A stretch of 64,000 nt of DNA, taken from assembly GCA_963978095.1 (NCBI GenBank), contig CAXBQP010000005.1, positions 10,521 to 74,520 on the forward strand, written 5' to 3'. Made by a program: the position numbers and the translations under genes. Positions 39,842 to 49,378 of this stretch are shown in pieces. Source of the DNA: an uncultured bacterium. Its GTDB lineage: Bacteria > Gemmatimonadota > Gemmatimonadetes > Gemmatimonadales > Gemmatimonadaceae. The notes under the pieces were generated by a model. That model was not told where the DNA came from. It saw nothing but the letters and a program-made list of their open reading frames with translations, and did no database searches. Position 1 is the first letter of the stretch. Every line of letters starts with the position of its first letter.

Positions 39842-41899
39842 TCAATACACGATGGGCCCGAGGGTGAAGATCCGCCGCGCATCCACGCGCAACGCCCCCG
39901 GTTCGGTGCCCGCAAGAAAATACTCCAGATACCGACGCTCGGCAGGCGTCGACGGCGTCGCGAGCGTGCCGCTGGCACGGTCCAGCTCCGCACTCACGAT
40001 CCCCTCCGGTGCCGCCCATGCGCTGGAGGGGCGCGCATAGCCACCGCGGGCGATCATTTGTGCCCAGATCGGGGCCGCCAGCGTGCCGCCCGCCACGCCG
40101 CGCTCGGCGATCGGTTTCCGTTTATCCATGCCGAGCCAGACCCCGCCGACGATCTCCGGGGTGAGTCCCACGAACCAGACATCGGCGTTGTCGTCGGTGG
40201 TGCCCGTCTTGCCCGCCACCGGAACCGTCACGGGAAGATACTTGCGAATGCTGGTCGCCGTCCCGCGCTCGACCACGTCCCGCATCATGTCGCGCACGAC
40301 GAATGTCGCGGCGGCATTCATGGCCGGTGGACGCATGCGGACCGGTTGTCCCCACACGGTCTTGCTCGTGGCATCCTCGACGCGGTACACGAAGCGCGGC
40401 TCCACGGGCGTTCCGAGATTCGCGAACGCGGTGTAGGCGGCCACGAAATCGAGCGGCTGCACCTCGGAGGCCCCGATGGCACTCGAGGGGTAAGGCGCGA
40501 TCGCCGTCGAAATCCCCAGACGGCGCGCCAGCGCGATCACCGAATCGGCACCACTCCTGAGCCACAGTTGCACGGCCACCGGATTCCGCGACCTGGTGAT
40601 GGCCTCACGCAGCGTGATGTTGCCGAGGAACAGCCCGTCGGAGTTCCTGGGACTGTACTCCTGCCGATCGAACATCACGTGCAGATTCGTGTCCGGGACG
40701 ATCGTGTTGGCCGGGAGGGAATCGCTGATGGCGCGCGCGTACACGATCGGCTTGAAGCTCGACCCCGGCTGACGCAAGCCGTTCATGGCGCGATTGAACT
40801 GGGATTCCTGGTAGTTGCGGCCTCCGACGAGCGCCTTCACGTCGCCGCTGGTGGGATCGATCGCGATCGCGAGTCCCTGGAGGTAGTCGGTGCTCCCCTT
40901 GGGGTGTTTGTCGTAGGTGGCATTCGCGTACCCGGGGCGGGCTTCGACAGCGGCCGTCCCCTCGACGAGCGCGGTGACCGCAGCGCGCTGCAGCGCCGGC
41001 TCCAGCGTCGTGAACACCTTGTAGCCGCCGGCGCTCACCGGGATCCCCGCGGCTTCCGTCTGCGCTCTGACCACGTCGACGAAGTAGCCGGAGGGTGCCG
41101 CGACTCCCGCGCCCGGATCGGTCTGCACCGGCAAGGACTTGGCGACTTCCGCATCGCTCTTGGCGATCATGTGCTGATCGACCATGAGGTCCAGAATCAG
41201 ATTCCGCCGCGCGCGATTCTTGTCCGGATTGCGCGACGGATCATAAATGGCGGGTCCTTTCGGGAGCGCGGCGAGCGAGGCGGCTTCGGCCAAGGTCAGC
41301 CGCGATGCGCTCTTGCCGAAATAGTGACGCGCGGCGGTCTCGATGCCGAACCAACCGTGCCCGAACGCGATCGTGTTCAGGTAGGCCTCGAGGATCTGTT
41401 CCTTGTTGTAGTGCTTCTCCATCTCGCGCGCCGCGCGCTGCTCGCGGAGTTTGCGCAGCGGGCTCATGTCGCGCCGATCGATCTGGTCGGGGTGGAGATT
41501 GCCCACCAGCTGCTGGGTGATGGTACTCGCCCCGCCACGCGCCTGGCCGAGCATCTTCCCCTTGATGGCACCAGCGACACCGACCATGTCCACGCCGTCG
41601 TGCTGGTAGAACCGATGGTCCTCGACCGCGACGAAGGCCTGATGGACGTACTTGGGGAGTGTGCGCAACGCGATGCTGGTCCTCCACTGCCGCCCGATCT
41701 CGCCGATCAGCGAGCCGTCTCGAGCGTAGACCAGCGAGGATTGCGGCAGCGCGATGATGGTCCAGGGCTCCCCGGTGGGGACCGGCACGGCCTTGGGGCG
41801 TACGGCCCCCGCCGGCGCGCCTTGCGCGCGCGCCAGCGATGCCGCCACCAGCACGGCAACCGTGGCGCGACGGATGAGCGGGGGCCGATGGGACCGCAT
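39842..41899 (-). CDS. Class A penicillin-binding protein (PBP1A family)
   Basis: EDHRFYQHDG, GASTITQQL, SSFK, SRN, KTG. Confidence 0.93.
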   Translation of the reverse strand: MRSHRPPLIRRATVAVLVAASLARAQGAPAGAVRPKAVPVPTGEPWTIIALPQSSLVYARDGSLIGEIGRQWRTSIALRTLPKYVHQAFVAVEDHRFYQHDGVDMVGVAGAIKGKMLGQARGGASTITQQLVGNLHPDQIDRRDMSPLRKLREQRAAREMEKHYNKEQILEAYLNTIAFGHGWFGIETAARHYFGKSASRLTLAEAASLAALPKGPAIYDPSRNPDKNRARRNLILDLMVDQHMIAKSDAEVAKSLPVQTDPGAGVAAPSGYFVDVVRAQTEAAGIPVSAGGYKVFTTLEPALQRAAVTALVEGTAAVEARPGYANATYDKHPKGSTDYLQGLAIAIDPTSGDVKALVGGRNYQESQFNRAMNGLRQPGSSFKPIVYARAISDSLPANTIVPDTNLHVMFDRQEYSPRNSDGLFLGNITLREAITRSRNPVAVQLWLRSGADSVIALARRLGISTAIAPYPSSAIGASEVQPLDFVAAYTAFANLGTPVEPRFVYRVEDATSKTVWGQPVRMRPPAMNAAATFVVRDMMRDVVERGTATSIRKYLPVTVPVAGKTGTTDDNADVWFVGLTPEIVGGVWLGMDKRKPIAERGVAGGTLAAPIWAQMIARGGYARPSSAWAAPEGIVSAELDRASGTLATPSTPAERRYLEYFLAGTEPGALRVDARRIFTLGPIVY

Positions 41900-41988
41900 G
41901 GGTCGAATTGTACCCTTCCGGTCGGCAATCGGCACCGGCTCCACCCCGAACGTTGCCCCATCCCTACCGAGGGTGCGAACTTTGGAGC

Positions 41989-43869
41989 ATGCCACTGCTC
42001 CACCTTGCGATCGCCCAGTTCCGCCCCCGCAAAGCCGATGTGCCCGGCAATCTCACCCGCATCGGTGAGGTGCTGGCGCAGGCGGCCGCGCTGTCGCCGC
42101 GTCCGCACGTGGTGCATTTCCCGGAAACGGCGACCTCGGCGTATTTCGTGGAGGGGGGGGTGCGGGAGTGTTCATTGACCATTGCCGAGCTCACCGCCGG
42201 AATTGCGCAGGCCTACGCGGCGGCCTCCTCGGCGGCCTCCGCCGACGGCGTGCCGATCGCGGCCGTGGTGGGATTCTACGAGCGGCTCGACGGCACGTTG
42301 CACAACAGTGTGGCGTATCTCGAGGTGACCGGACATTCCGCGCGTGCCCTGCACGTGCACCGCAAGAACTTCCTCCCGACCTACGGGATGTTCGACGAAG
42401 AGCGATTCGTCGAACGCGGTTACGGCGTGCGCGCCTTCGACACGCCCTGGGGACGCGCGGCGATGCTCGTCTGCGAGGATGCCTGGCATTCGCTCACCGG
42501 GACGATCGCGGCACTCGACGGCGCGCAGATCATCTTCGTCTCGTCCGCCGCGCCGGCGCGGGGGGCCTTCGAGCGCGAGGACGGAGACGCGGTCCCCGCG
42601 ACCGTCGCGCGGTGGACCCGACTCATTCGCGACATCGCCGAAGAGCACGGGCTCTTCGTGACGCTGGCGAATCTCGTGGGAAGCGAAGGGGGGAAGATGT
42701 TCCAGGGTTCCTCCCTCGTGATGGGTCCGCGCGGCGACACCCGCTGTCGTGCGCCGCTCTGGGACGAAGCGCTCCTCACCGCGAGCGTGGAGCTCGACGA
42801 CATCGCGCACGCGCGGGCGAGCGGCAACCTGCTGAGCGATCTGCGGACCGCGCTGCCGGTGCTGCGCGCGGAGTTGGATCGGGCGGTGACCGGGGTGCGG
42901 GGCGAGGCGGAGACGCCCACCGCGGCGACTGCGGAGACCGCGGCGATCGCGGCGTCTCCCGCAGCGCCATCAGCGCCCCCGGCCACGGTCGTTCGCGCCG
43001 GCGCGACCTCAGCGCCGCTCACCGTCGTCACCTCGGGCGACCACGGTCGCAGCGCCCCGCCCCCACTCGACATCGACGCGAAGCTCCTCGAACAGTGGCT
43101 CGTGGCCTTCCTCCGCGACGAGTTCACGCGACGCGGCTTCACCGATGCGGTCGTGGGTGTCTCCGGCGGTGTGGACTCTGCGGTCGTCGCGGCGCTCGCC
43201 GCGCGCGCGCTCGGGCCCGAGCACGTGATCGGCGTACGGCTGCCGTATCGCGCCTCGAGCGCCGACTCGCTCGCGCACGCCGAGCTGTTGATGACGCAAC
43301 TCGGCATCCGGCAGCGCACGCTGGAGATCACCGCCGCAGTGGACGGCTACCTCTCCCTCGAACCCGACGCCGACGCCGCGCGGCGCGGCAATGTGATGGC
43401 GCGCATGCGGATGATCGCGCTTTTCGACTTGAGCGCCAAGCATCGGGCCCTCCCGCTCGGTACGGGCAACAAGAGCGAGCGATTGCTCGGCTACTTCACG
43501 TGGCACGCAGACGACTCGCCGCCGGTGAACGCCATCGGCGATCTCTTCAAGACACAGGTCTGGCAGCTCGCGCGGCACCTCGGCGTCCCCGATGCGATCA
43601 TCTCGAAGCCGGCCTCGGCGGATCTGTTGCAGGGACAGACCGATGAAGGAGACTTCGGCATCTCGTATGCCAAGGCGGATGTGATCCTGAACTGGCTCGT
43701 GCACGGGTGGACCCCCGCCGAGTTGGTGGCGCGGGGCTTCGCCGCGTCGGAGGTGGAGCTGGTGCGGAAGCGCCTCGATGGGACGCACTGGAAGCGTCGA
43801 CTCCCGACCGTGGCCCTCGTGAGCGGCGCGGCGATCGGCGAGAGCTATCTGCGCCCGGTCGATTACTGA
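41989..43869 (+). CDS. nadE: Glutamine-dependent NAD+ synthetase (nitrilase + synthetase domains)
   Basis: FPE/RK/CEDAW nitrilase triad, SGGVDSA, GNVMARMRM, TGNKSE, SADL...QTDE. Confidence 0.93.
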   Translation: MPLLHLAIAQFRPRKADVPGNLTRIGEVLAQAAALSPRPHVVHFPETATSAYFVEGGVRECSLTIAELTAGIAQAYAAASSAASADGVPIAAVVGFYERLDGTLHNSVAYLEVTGHSARALHVHRKNFLPTYGMFDEERFVERGYGVRAFDTPWGRAAMLVCEDAWHSLTGTIAALDGAQIIFVSSAAPARGAFEREDGDAVPATVARWTRLIRDIAEEHGLFVTLANLVGSEGGKMFQGSSLVMGPRGDTRCRAPLWDEALLTASVELDDIAHARASGNLLSDLRTALPVLRAELDRAVTGVRGEAETPTAATAETAAIAASPAAPSAPPATVVRAGATSAPLTVVTSGDHGRSAPPPLDIDAKLLEQWLVAFLRDEFTRRGFTDAVVGVSGGVDSAVVAALAARALGPEHVIGVRLPYRASSADSLAHAELLMTQLGIRQRTLEITAAVDGYLSLEPDADAARRGNVMARMRMIALFDLSAKHRALPLGTGNKSERLLGYFTWHADDSPPVNAIGDLFKTQVWQLARHLGVPDAIISKPASADLLQGQTDEGDFGISYAKADVILNWLVHGWTPAELVARGFAASEVELVRKRLDGTHWKRRLPTVALVSGAAIGESYLRPVDY

Positions 43870-43962
43870 TCGCTGCACCGCGCCACAAGATCGCACGAAT
43901 CGGATTGAGGCGCGGAGCCGAGAAGCCTAGCATGAAGCCAACGCACATCACCGGAGTTGGCC

Positions 43963-44811
43963 ATGGCGTCTGATTTCGAAGTCACCGACTACGCGCGCAT
44001 CGAGCGGGCGATCCGCTTTCTCGACGCGAACCGCGCCGCCCAGCCGTCGCTCGCCGATGTGGCGCGGCATGTGGGGCTGAGCGAGGCGCACTTCCAGAAA
44101 CTCTTCACGCGCTGGGCCGGGATCAGCCCCAAGCGCTTCCTGCAGCATCGCACGGCGCGGGTGGTGAAGCGGCTGTTGCGCGAGGAGCGCACCGTGCTCG
44201 ATGTCAGTTACGCCGCGGGACTGAGCGGCCCCGGACGATTGCATGATCTCGTGGTGAATGCCGATGCCGTGACACCCGGCGAATGGCAGCGGGCCGGTGC
44301 GGGGATCGTGGTGCGCTATGGATTCCATCCCACGATGTTCGGCGAGTGTCTGCTCGCGATCACCACGCGCGGAATATGTCACCTGGCCTTCGTGCATCCG
44401 GTCTCGCGTCGCGAGGCGATGGCGCGGCTGAACGCCGAGTGGCCGGCGGCGGATTTGGTACCGAATCAGGACGCCACGCGGCGGGTCGCGGCGCACGTGT
44501 TCCCCGCGCCAGGGAGTGCGCGCAGCGCGCTCGCGCTGCATGTGAAGGGGACGAACTTCCAACTCAAGGTCTGGGCCGCCCTGCTCGACGTGGCGGACGG
44601 GCGCGTCACGACCTACGGGGCACTCGCGGCGGCGATCGGTTCACCGGCCGCGGCGCGCGCCGTGGGTGGTGCGGTGGGGGCCAACCCGATCAGCTACCTG
44701 ATCCCCTGTCACCGGGTGATCCGCGCGAGCGGCGAACTCGGAGGCTATGCCTGGGGGCCGGACCGGAAGCGGGTGATGCTGGCGCTCGAGGGCGCGCGCG
44801 CAGTTCGCTGA
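43963..44811 (+). CDS. AraC-HTH + methylated-DNA-protein-cysteine methyltransferase (Ada/Ogt-like)
   Basis: AraC-like HTH, GTNFQLKVW and the PCHRV active site. Confidence 0.92.
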   Translation: MASDFEVTDYARIERAIRFLDANRAAQPSLADVARHVGLSEAHFQKLFTRWAGISPKRFLQHRTARVVKRLLREERTVLDVSYAAGLSGPGRLHDLVVNADAVTPGEWQRAGAGIVVRYGFHPTMFGECLLAITTRGICHLAFVHPVSRREAMARLNAEWPAADLVPNQDATRRVAAHVFPAPGSARSALALHVKGTNFQLKVWAALLDVADGRVTTYGALAAAIGSPAAARAVGGAVGANPISYLIPCHRVIRASGELGGYAWGPDRKRVMLALEGARAVR

Positions 44812-44815
44812 ACGG

Positions 44816-45220
44816 CTACGCGGCCTGCGCGTACGCCAAGCTCACGGCGCGTCGGGCGCCCCGCTTGAGCGTCCGGTGTGCGACGCGCGCGTAGCGGATG
44901 AAGTTCGCACCCGCCCACGGGTACCGCGCGAAGAACTCCTGCGGCAGCAGCGACCCCTTCAGTTGATTGCACTGGCGGCAGGCCGCCACCAGGTTGCCCG
45001 GGTCATGCGTTCCGCCGCGCGAGAGCGGAAACACATGATCCAGCGTCGTGATCTCTAGCCCAAGGATCGCACTGCAGTAGACACAGCGCCGCCCGCAATC
45101 ACGGAAAGTCGACCGCTTGACGTGTCGCTTCTCCTGCTGGGCGAGCACGCGACGGTGATGGCGGGAAGTACCACGGGGTGCACGGGGCAGTGCGAAACGG
45201 TGGACGCTCCGGTGAGACAT
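44816..45220 (-). CDS. Small HNH endonuclease
   Basis: CVYC, TLDHVFPLSRGG, NLVAACRQCNQLKG. Confidence 0.9.
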   Translation of the reverse strand: MSHRSVHRFALPRAPRGTSRHHRRVLAQQEKRHVKRSTFRDCGRRCVYCSAILGLEITTLDHVFPLSRGGTHDPGNLVAACRQCNQLKGSLLPQEFFARYPWAGANFIRYARVAHRTLKRGARRAVSLAYAQAA

Positions 45221-45660
45221 GACACCTCGCCGAACAGGGCTGAAACGCCGACACCCCGCCTCGGGGCAGGAAGCCCGAGCGGGGTGGGATTGATGGGGCG
45301 GAGGGTCCAGCCGTCCGGCGCGGGTGGCGCCGGCAGCTCAATGGGCTGGACTGGCTGTCGCGTGCGAGCGGCCATTTCCCTCCACTGACTCCGAATGCCG
45401 GAGGTGGCAGTCGGGCTTTCCACATCTGACGAACGAAAATGTTGCTCCGTCACACGAGTCCTGCAAGTACCGGCCAGTCCCGATATGAACAAGATTAGGA
45501 CCCCTTCCCGCTGACCGACCCCCGAAACACCCCCCGTCGCGGGGGCGTGCGGCTTGGGATGTGCTTCAAAGTGCGCTAACTTTCTCCGGTTCCTGCGCAT
45601 CCGTCGGGCCAACTCGACCCCGAGTGGTCGTGGCGCCTCCTTCAGCATTTCGCCGAATCC

Positions 45661-47769
45661 ATGGCTACTTCGTCCAAGGCGCGTCGCGCCACGCACGGAC
45701 TCACGCGCGAGCAGCTGCTCGGCGCCTACCGCACGATGCTCCTCTCGCGTCGCGTGGACGACAAGGAGATCGCGCTCAAGCGCCAGAACAAGATCTTCTT
45801 CCAGATCTCCGGCGCTGGTCATGAAGCGCTGATGACGGCCGCCGGACTGGTGCTGAAGCCCGGCTACGACTGGTTCTATCTCTACTATCGCGATCGCGCG
45901 CTCTGCCTGCAGCTGGGCATGACCGCGGCCGAGATGTTGTACTCGGCCGTCGGCGCGGCGGTGGATCCCAACTCCGGCGGTCGGCAGATGCCGAGTCACT
46001 GGGGGCACAAACGACTGAACATCACGTCGGTGTCGTCGCCCACGGGCACGCAGTTCCTGCAGGCGGTCGGTGCCGCCGAAGCCACGTTGCGCGCCAAGCA
46101 GGGGAAGCTGGACGACCCGCAGTTCACCGGGGACGACGTGGTGCTCGTCACCACGGGCGACGGCACGACGAGCGAAGGGGAGTTCTGGGAATCGCTGAGC
46201 ACCGCGTCGAATCTCAAGCTGCCGGTGGTGTACATCGTCGAGGACAACGGCTACGCGATTTCGGTGCCGGTCGAGGTGAACACCCCGGGCGGCTCCATTT
46301 CCGAGCTGGTGAAGAACTTCCCCGGACTGTACGTGCAGCAGGTCGACGGCTGCGATCTGATCGCGAGCTATGAGACCATCCAACGCGCGGTCGCCTATGC
46401 CCGTGAGCGCAAGGGACCGGCCCTCGTGCACGCGAAGGTGATTCGCCCGTACTCGCACTCGCTCTCCGACGATGACGTGAAGTATCGTCCGAGCGCCGAG
46501 CGGGATGCCGACGCACTCCGCGATCCGATCACCGTGTTCCCGGCGTGGCTGGTCGAGGAGGGCTACGCGACCGAGGCGGAGATCGCGAAGATCGCGGAGG
46601 AGGTCGACGCGGAGGTGTTGGCGGCGACGGACGACGCGCTGGCGCAGCCGCAGCCCGATCCCAGCACCGTGTACTTCGGCGTCTACTCCCCGGACGTCGA
46701 TCCGACGAGCGAGCAGTTCGATACCGAGGATGATCCGCAGTTCAGCGGCGAGCCGACCACGATGCTCGACTTGCTCAACTCATGCATGAAGGAAGAGATG
46801 CGCCGGGACGAACGGATCCTGGTGTTCGGGGAGGACGTGGCCGATGTGTCGCGCGAACAGTATCTGGGCGATGTGAAGGGGAAGGGCGGCGTTTTCGGCG
46901 TCACGTCCGGCCTGCAGAAGGAGTTCGGCAGCGGGCGTGTGTACAACTCGCCGCTCGCCGAGGCCAACATCGTCGGACGCGCGATCGGCTTGGCGCACCG
47001 CGGCTTCAAGCCGGTCGTCGAGATCCAGTTCTTCGACTACATCTGGCCCGCCTACATGCAGATCCGCGACGAGCTCGCGACGATGCGCTGGCGCTCGACC
47101 AACCAGTTCGCGGCGCCGGTGGTGATTCGCACCACCTATGGCGGCTACATCCGCGGCGCGATCTACCACTCGCAGACCGGCGCCTCGCTCTTCACGGCCT
47201 GCCCGGGGCTTCGGGTCGTCTGCCCGAGCAATGCGTCTGACGCCAACGGACTGCTCCGCACGGCCATCCGCTGCGAGGATCCGGTGATCTTCCTCGAGCA
47301 CAAGCATCTCTACCGGCAGACGTACAACAAGTCACAGAATCCCGGCCCGAACTTCATGATTCCGTTCGGCAAGGCCAAGATCCTGCACGAGGGAACCGAT
47401 GTCACGGTGGTCACCTACGGCGCCACGGTGAATCGCGCCCTGGTCGCGGCCCGCGAAGTCGGGGAGCGTGGCATCAGCGTGGAGGTCATCGACCTGCGCA
47501 CGCTCTCCCCGTGGGACCGTGAGGCGGTGTTCACGAGCGTCAAGAAGACGGGCCGCGTCATCGTGGCGCACGAGGATTCGTTGTCGTGGGGCTACGGCGC
47601 CGAGATCGCGGCGGCCATCGCCGATGAGTGCTTCCCGTGGCTCGACGCCCCCGTGAAGCGCGTGGCGAGCACCGATACGTTCGTGGGATACGCGCCCTCG
47701 CTCGAGGACGCGATCCTGCCGCAGACGTCGACGTTCGTGCAGGCGTACCTCGACCTCATGGCCTTCTGA
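45661..47769 (+). CDS. 2-oxoacid (branched-chain type) dehydrogenase E1, fused alpha/beta
   Basis: GRQMPSH, GDG...EG TPP motif, [25 protein letters not shown]. Confidence 0.93.
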   Translation: MATSSKARRATHGLTREQLLGAYRTMLLSRRVDDKEIALKRQNKIFFQISGAGHEALMTAAGLVLKPGYDWFYLYYRDRALCLQLGMTAAEMLYSAVGAAVDPNSGGRQMPSHWGHKRLNITSVSSPTGTQFLQAVGAAEATLRAKQGKLDDPQFTGDDVVLVTTGDGTTSEGEFWESLSTASNLKLPVVYIVEDNGYAISVPVEVNTPGGSISELVKNFPGLYVQQVDGCDLIASYETIQRAVAYARERKGPALVHAKVIRPYSHSLSDDDVKYRPSAERDADALRDPITVFPAWLVEEGYATEAEIAKIAEEVDAEVLAATDDALAQPQPDPSTVYFGVYSPDVDPTSEQFDTEDDPQFSGEPTTMLDLLNSCMKEEMRRDERILVFGEDVADVSREQYLGDVKGKGGVFGVTSGLQKEFGSGRVYNSPLAEANIVGRAIGLAHRGFKPVVEIQFFDYIWPAYMQIRDELATMRWRSTNQFAAPVVIRTTYGGYIRGAIYHSQTGASLFTACPGLRVVCPSNASDANGLLRTAIRCEDPVIFLEHKHLYRQTYNKSQNPGPNFMIPFGKAKILHEGTDVTVVTYGATVNRALVAAREVGERGISVEVIDLRTLSPWDREAVFTSVKKTGRVIVAHEDSLSWGYGAEIAAAIADECFPWLDAPVKRVASTDTFVGYAPSLEDAILPQTSTFVQAYLDLMAF

Positions 47770-48281
47770 TGACCCCCTGGCTGTTGATCCTCGCCCTGTG
47801 GGCGCAGCAAGGCGTCGGCGCGAAGTTCCCGACCGTCGTGAGCGACAACCTGGAAGGCCGGACCTTCACCCTTCCCCGTGATTTCGCGGGGAAACGGAAT
47901 GTGGTGTTCGTGCCCTTCCTCCGCGAGCAGCAGTCCGTGGTGGACGGATGGGTGCCGTTCGTGAAGCAGCAAATCGCCGCACACCCGGGGACCGACTACT
48001 ACGAGCTCCCCACGATCAAGAAGATGATCGGCCTGATGAAGTGGACGATCAACAAGGGGATGAGTGGCGGGATCCCGGACAAATCGGCGCGCGAGCACAC
48101 GATCACGCTCTACACGGACAAGGCGGCGCTCAAACAGTCGCTCGCCATCACGGACGAATCGGTGGTCACGATTCTCGTCGTGGATACCGAGGGGAAGATC
48201 TACTGGCGCGAGACGGGGGCGTTCACCTCGGCAAAAGGCGCGTCACTGGCGGCCGCGCTGTCGGCGCCGATCGTCCCCTGA
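47769..48281 (+). CDS. Secreted thioredoxin-like-fold hypothetical protein
   Basis: Signal peptide, NLEGRTFTLP and LVVDTEGKIYW, with no Cys. Confidence 0.65.
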   Translation: MTPWLLILALWAQQGVGAKFPTVVSDNLEGRTFTLPRDFAGKRNVVFVPFLREQQSVVDGWVPFVKQQIAAHPGTDYYELPTIKKMIGLMKWTINKGMSGGIPDKSAREHTITLYTDKAALKQSLAITDESVVTILVVDTEGKIYWRETGAFTSAKGASLAAALSAPIVP

Positions 48282-48302
48282 GCTCGCGCGGGACTTCGGC
48301 CC

Positions 48303-48334
48303 GGCGTTAGCGGTGCGGCGTTAGCGGTGCGGCG
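48303..48334. repeat. 14-bp tandem duplication at the 3' end of the 48321-48557 gene
   Basis: GGCGTTAGCGGTGC x2 followed by GGCG. Confidence 0.8.
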
Positions 48335-48557
48335 GGGTGAAGGTCACCCGCCCGTTCCGGATGTGTCCTGACGCCCCCTTCGCGTCCCGCACCTGCACCT
48401 CGGCGAGCGGAAGCTTCCGCAGTTCCGCACTGCCCCCCATCGCCAGCACCTGATCTCCCTGGACGACGACGGCGTCGACCAGGGGACGGCGCGGATCGCC
48501 CGTGGCGATCCGTGCGTTCACGACGATCTCGGTGGCCTGCGTGAGTTCCGGATTCAA
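48321..48557 (-). CDS. Stand-alone amidohydrolase N-terminal-like small protein
   Basis: NARIATGDPRRP...DAVVVQGDQVLAMG...DAKG resembles the beta-sandwich start of amidohydrolase-3 proteins. There is no catalytic barrel. Confidence 0.55.
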   Translation of the reverse strand: MNPELTQATEIVVNARIATGDPRRPLVDAVVVQGDQVLAMGGSAELRKLPLAEVQVRDAKGASGHIRNGRVTFTPPHR

Positions 48558-48877
48558 CGGCGCTCGAGCGCGTCGCGGACGTCGAGCAGCACTTCGAAGT
48601 ACAACTGCTCCCGACGATACGCGAAATCGAGGGAGGTCTGTGCGGCGAGATCCTCGGAGGCTTTGGCACGCTCGAATGCCTCACGGTACATCTCTTCCAG
48701 ATTGTTGAGGATACGGTCGCGAGGACGGGACATGCGATTCTTCTCCAGGATGGCGGCGGGTGTGAGACGCGGCGGGGCGAAGTGCTCAGGCTCCGTCGCC
48801 TTCGACACGGGTTGGTCGATGAGCAGCTTCTTGGCGGCGCCGAGGGCCAGGCGCCGAGGACTGAACGGTTCGGACAT
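48554..48877 (-). CDS. Hypothetical protein
   Basis: ORF with a helical C-terminal half (RDRILNNLEEMYREAF...LLDVRD). The true start may be the internal Met. Confidence 0.6.
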   Translation of the reverse strand: MSEPFSPRRLALGAAKKLLIDQPVSKATEPEHFAPPRLTPAAILEKNRMSRPRDRILNNLEEMYREAFERAKASEDLAAQTSLDFAYRREQLYFEVLLDVRDALERR

Positions 48878-48911
48878 TGACGGAATCTAACGTCAGTACC
48901 GGACCGTGGGA

Positions 48912-49223
48912 CTAGGGTTCGAGGCGGTGGAACACCGACGCGTCCACGACGTGGCCGTCGCGGAGGTGCTCCACGACGATGCGCTCCATGAGTGCTGGTG
49001 TCACGCCGGCGTACCAGACGCCTTCCGGGTAAACCACGACGATCGGCCCCCCTTCGCAGACGCCCAGGCAGGGCACTTCGGATCGTTTGACCCGATTGGG
49101 CCCGAAGAGCATCTCGTGGCGCTGCAGCAAGCTTGCCAACTGCGCATACAGGGCACGCCCGCGCCGATCGGGACTGCAGTAGCCGCCCGTACACACCACC
49201 ACATGGTGGCGATAGGGGTCCAT
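48912..49223 (-). CDS. Thioredoxin-like (2Fe-2S) ferredoxin
   Basis: HVVVCTGGYC...CLGVCEGGPIVVVYPEGVWY...IVVEHL. Confidence 0.9.
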   Translation of the reverse strand: MDPYRHHVVVCTGGYCSPDRRGRALYAQLASLLQRHEMLFGPNRVKRSEVPCLGVCEGGPIVVVYPEGVWYAGVTPALMERIVVEHLRDGHVVDASVFHRLEP

Positions 49224-49378
49224 GACGGGGAGCGTTGGGGGCATGCACCCGAATGTAACGCGGGACACGCCGAGTCCGAATGCGGTCCGCACATTGCCCC
49301 CGTGCCGGACGGGGGACAGCTTCCACGAAGCGCAGTCCCACCCCGCGCGTACCCAGTCCTCGAGCATCGGGAATCGAG

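Noticed and set aside
44816..45220. HNH gene as IscB/Cas9-like or part of a CRISPR system
   Set aside because: It is too short, has no RuvC motifs, and no repeat-spacer array or transposon ends are visible.
45661..47769. E1 alpha/beta fusion as a novelty
   Set aside because: Fused E1 subunits are a well-known arrangement in several phyla.
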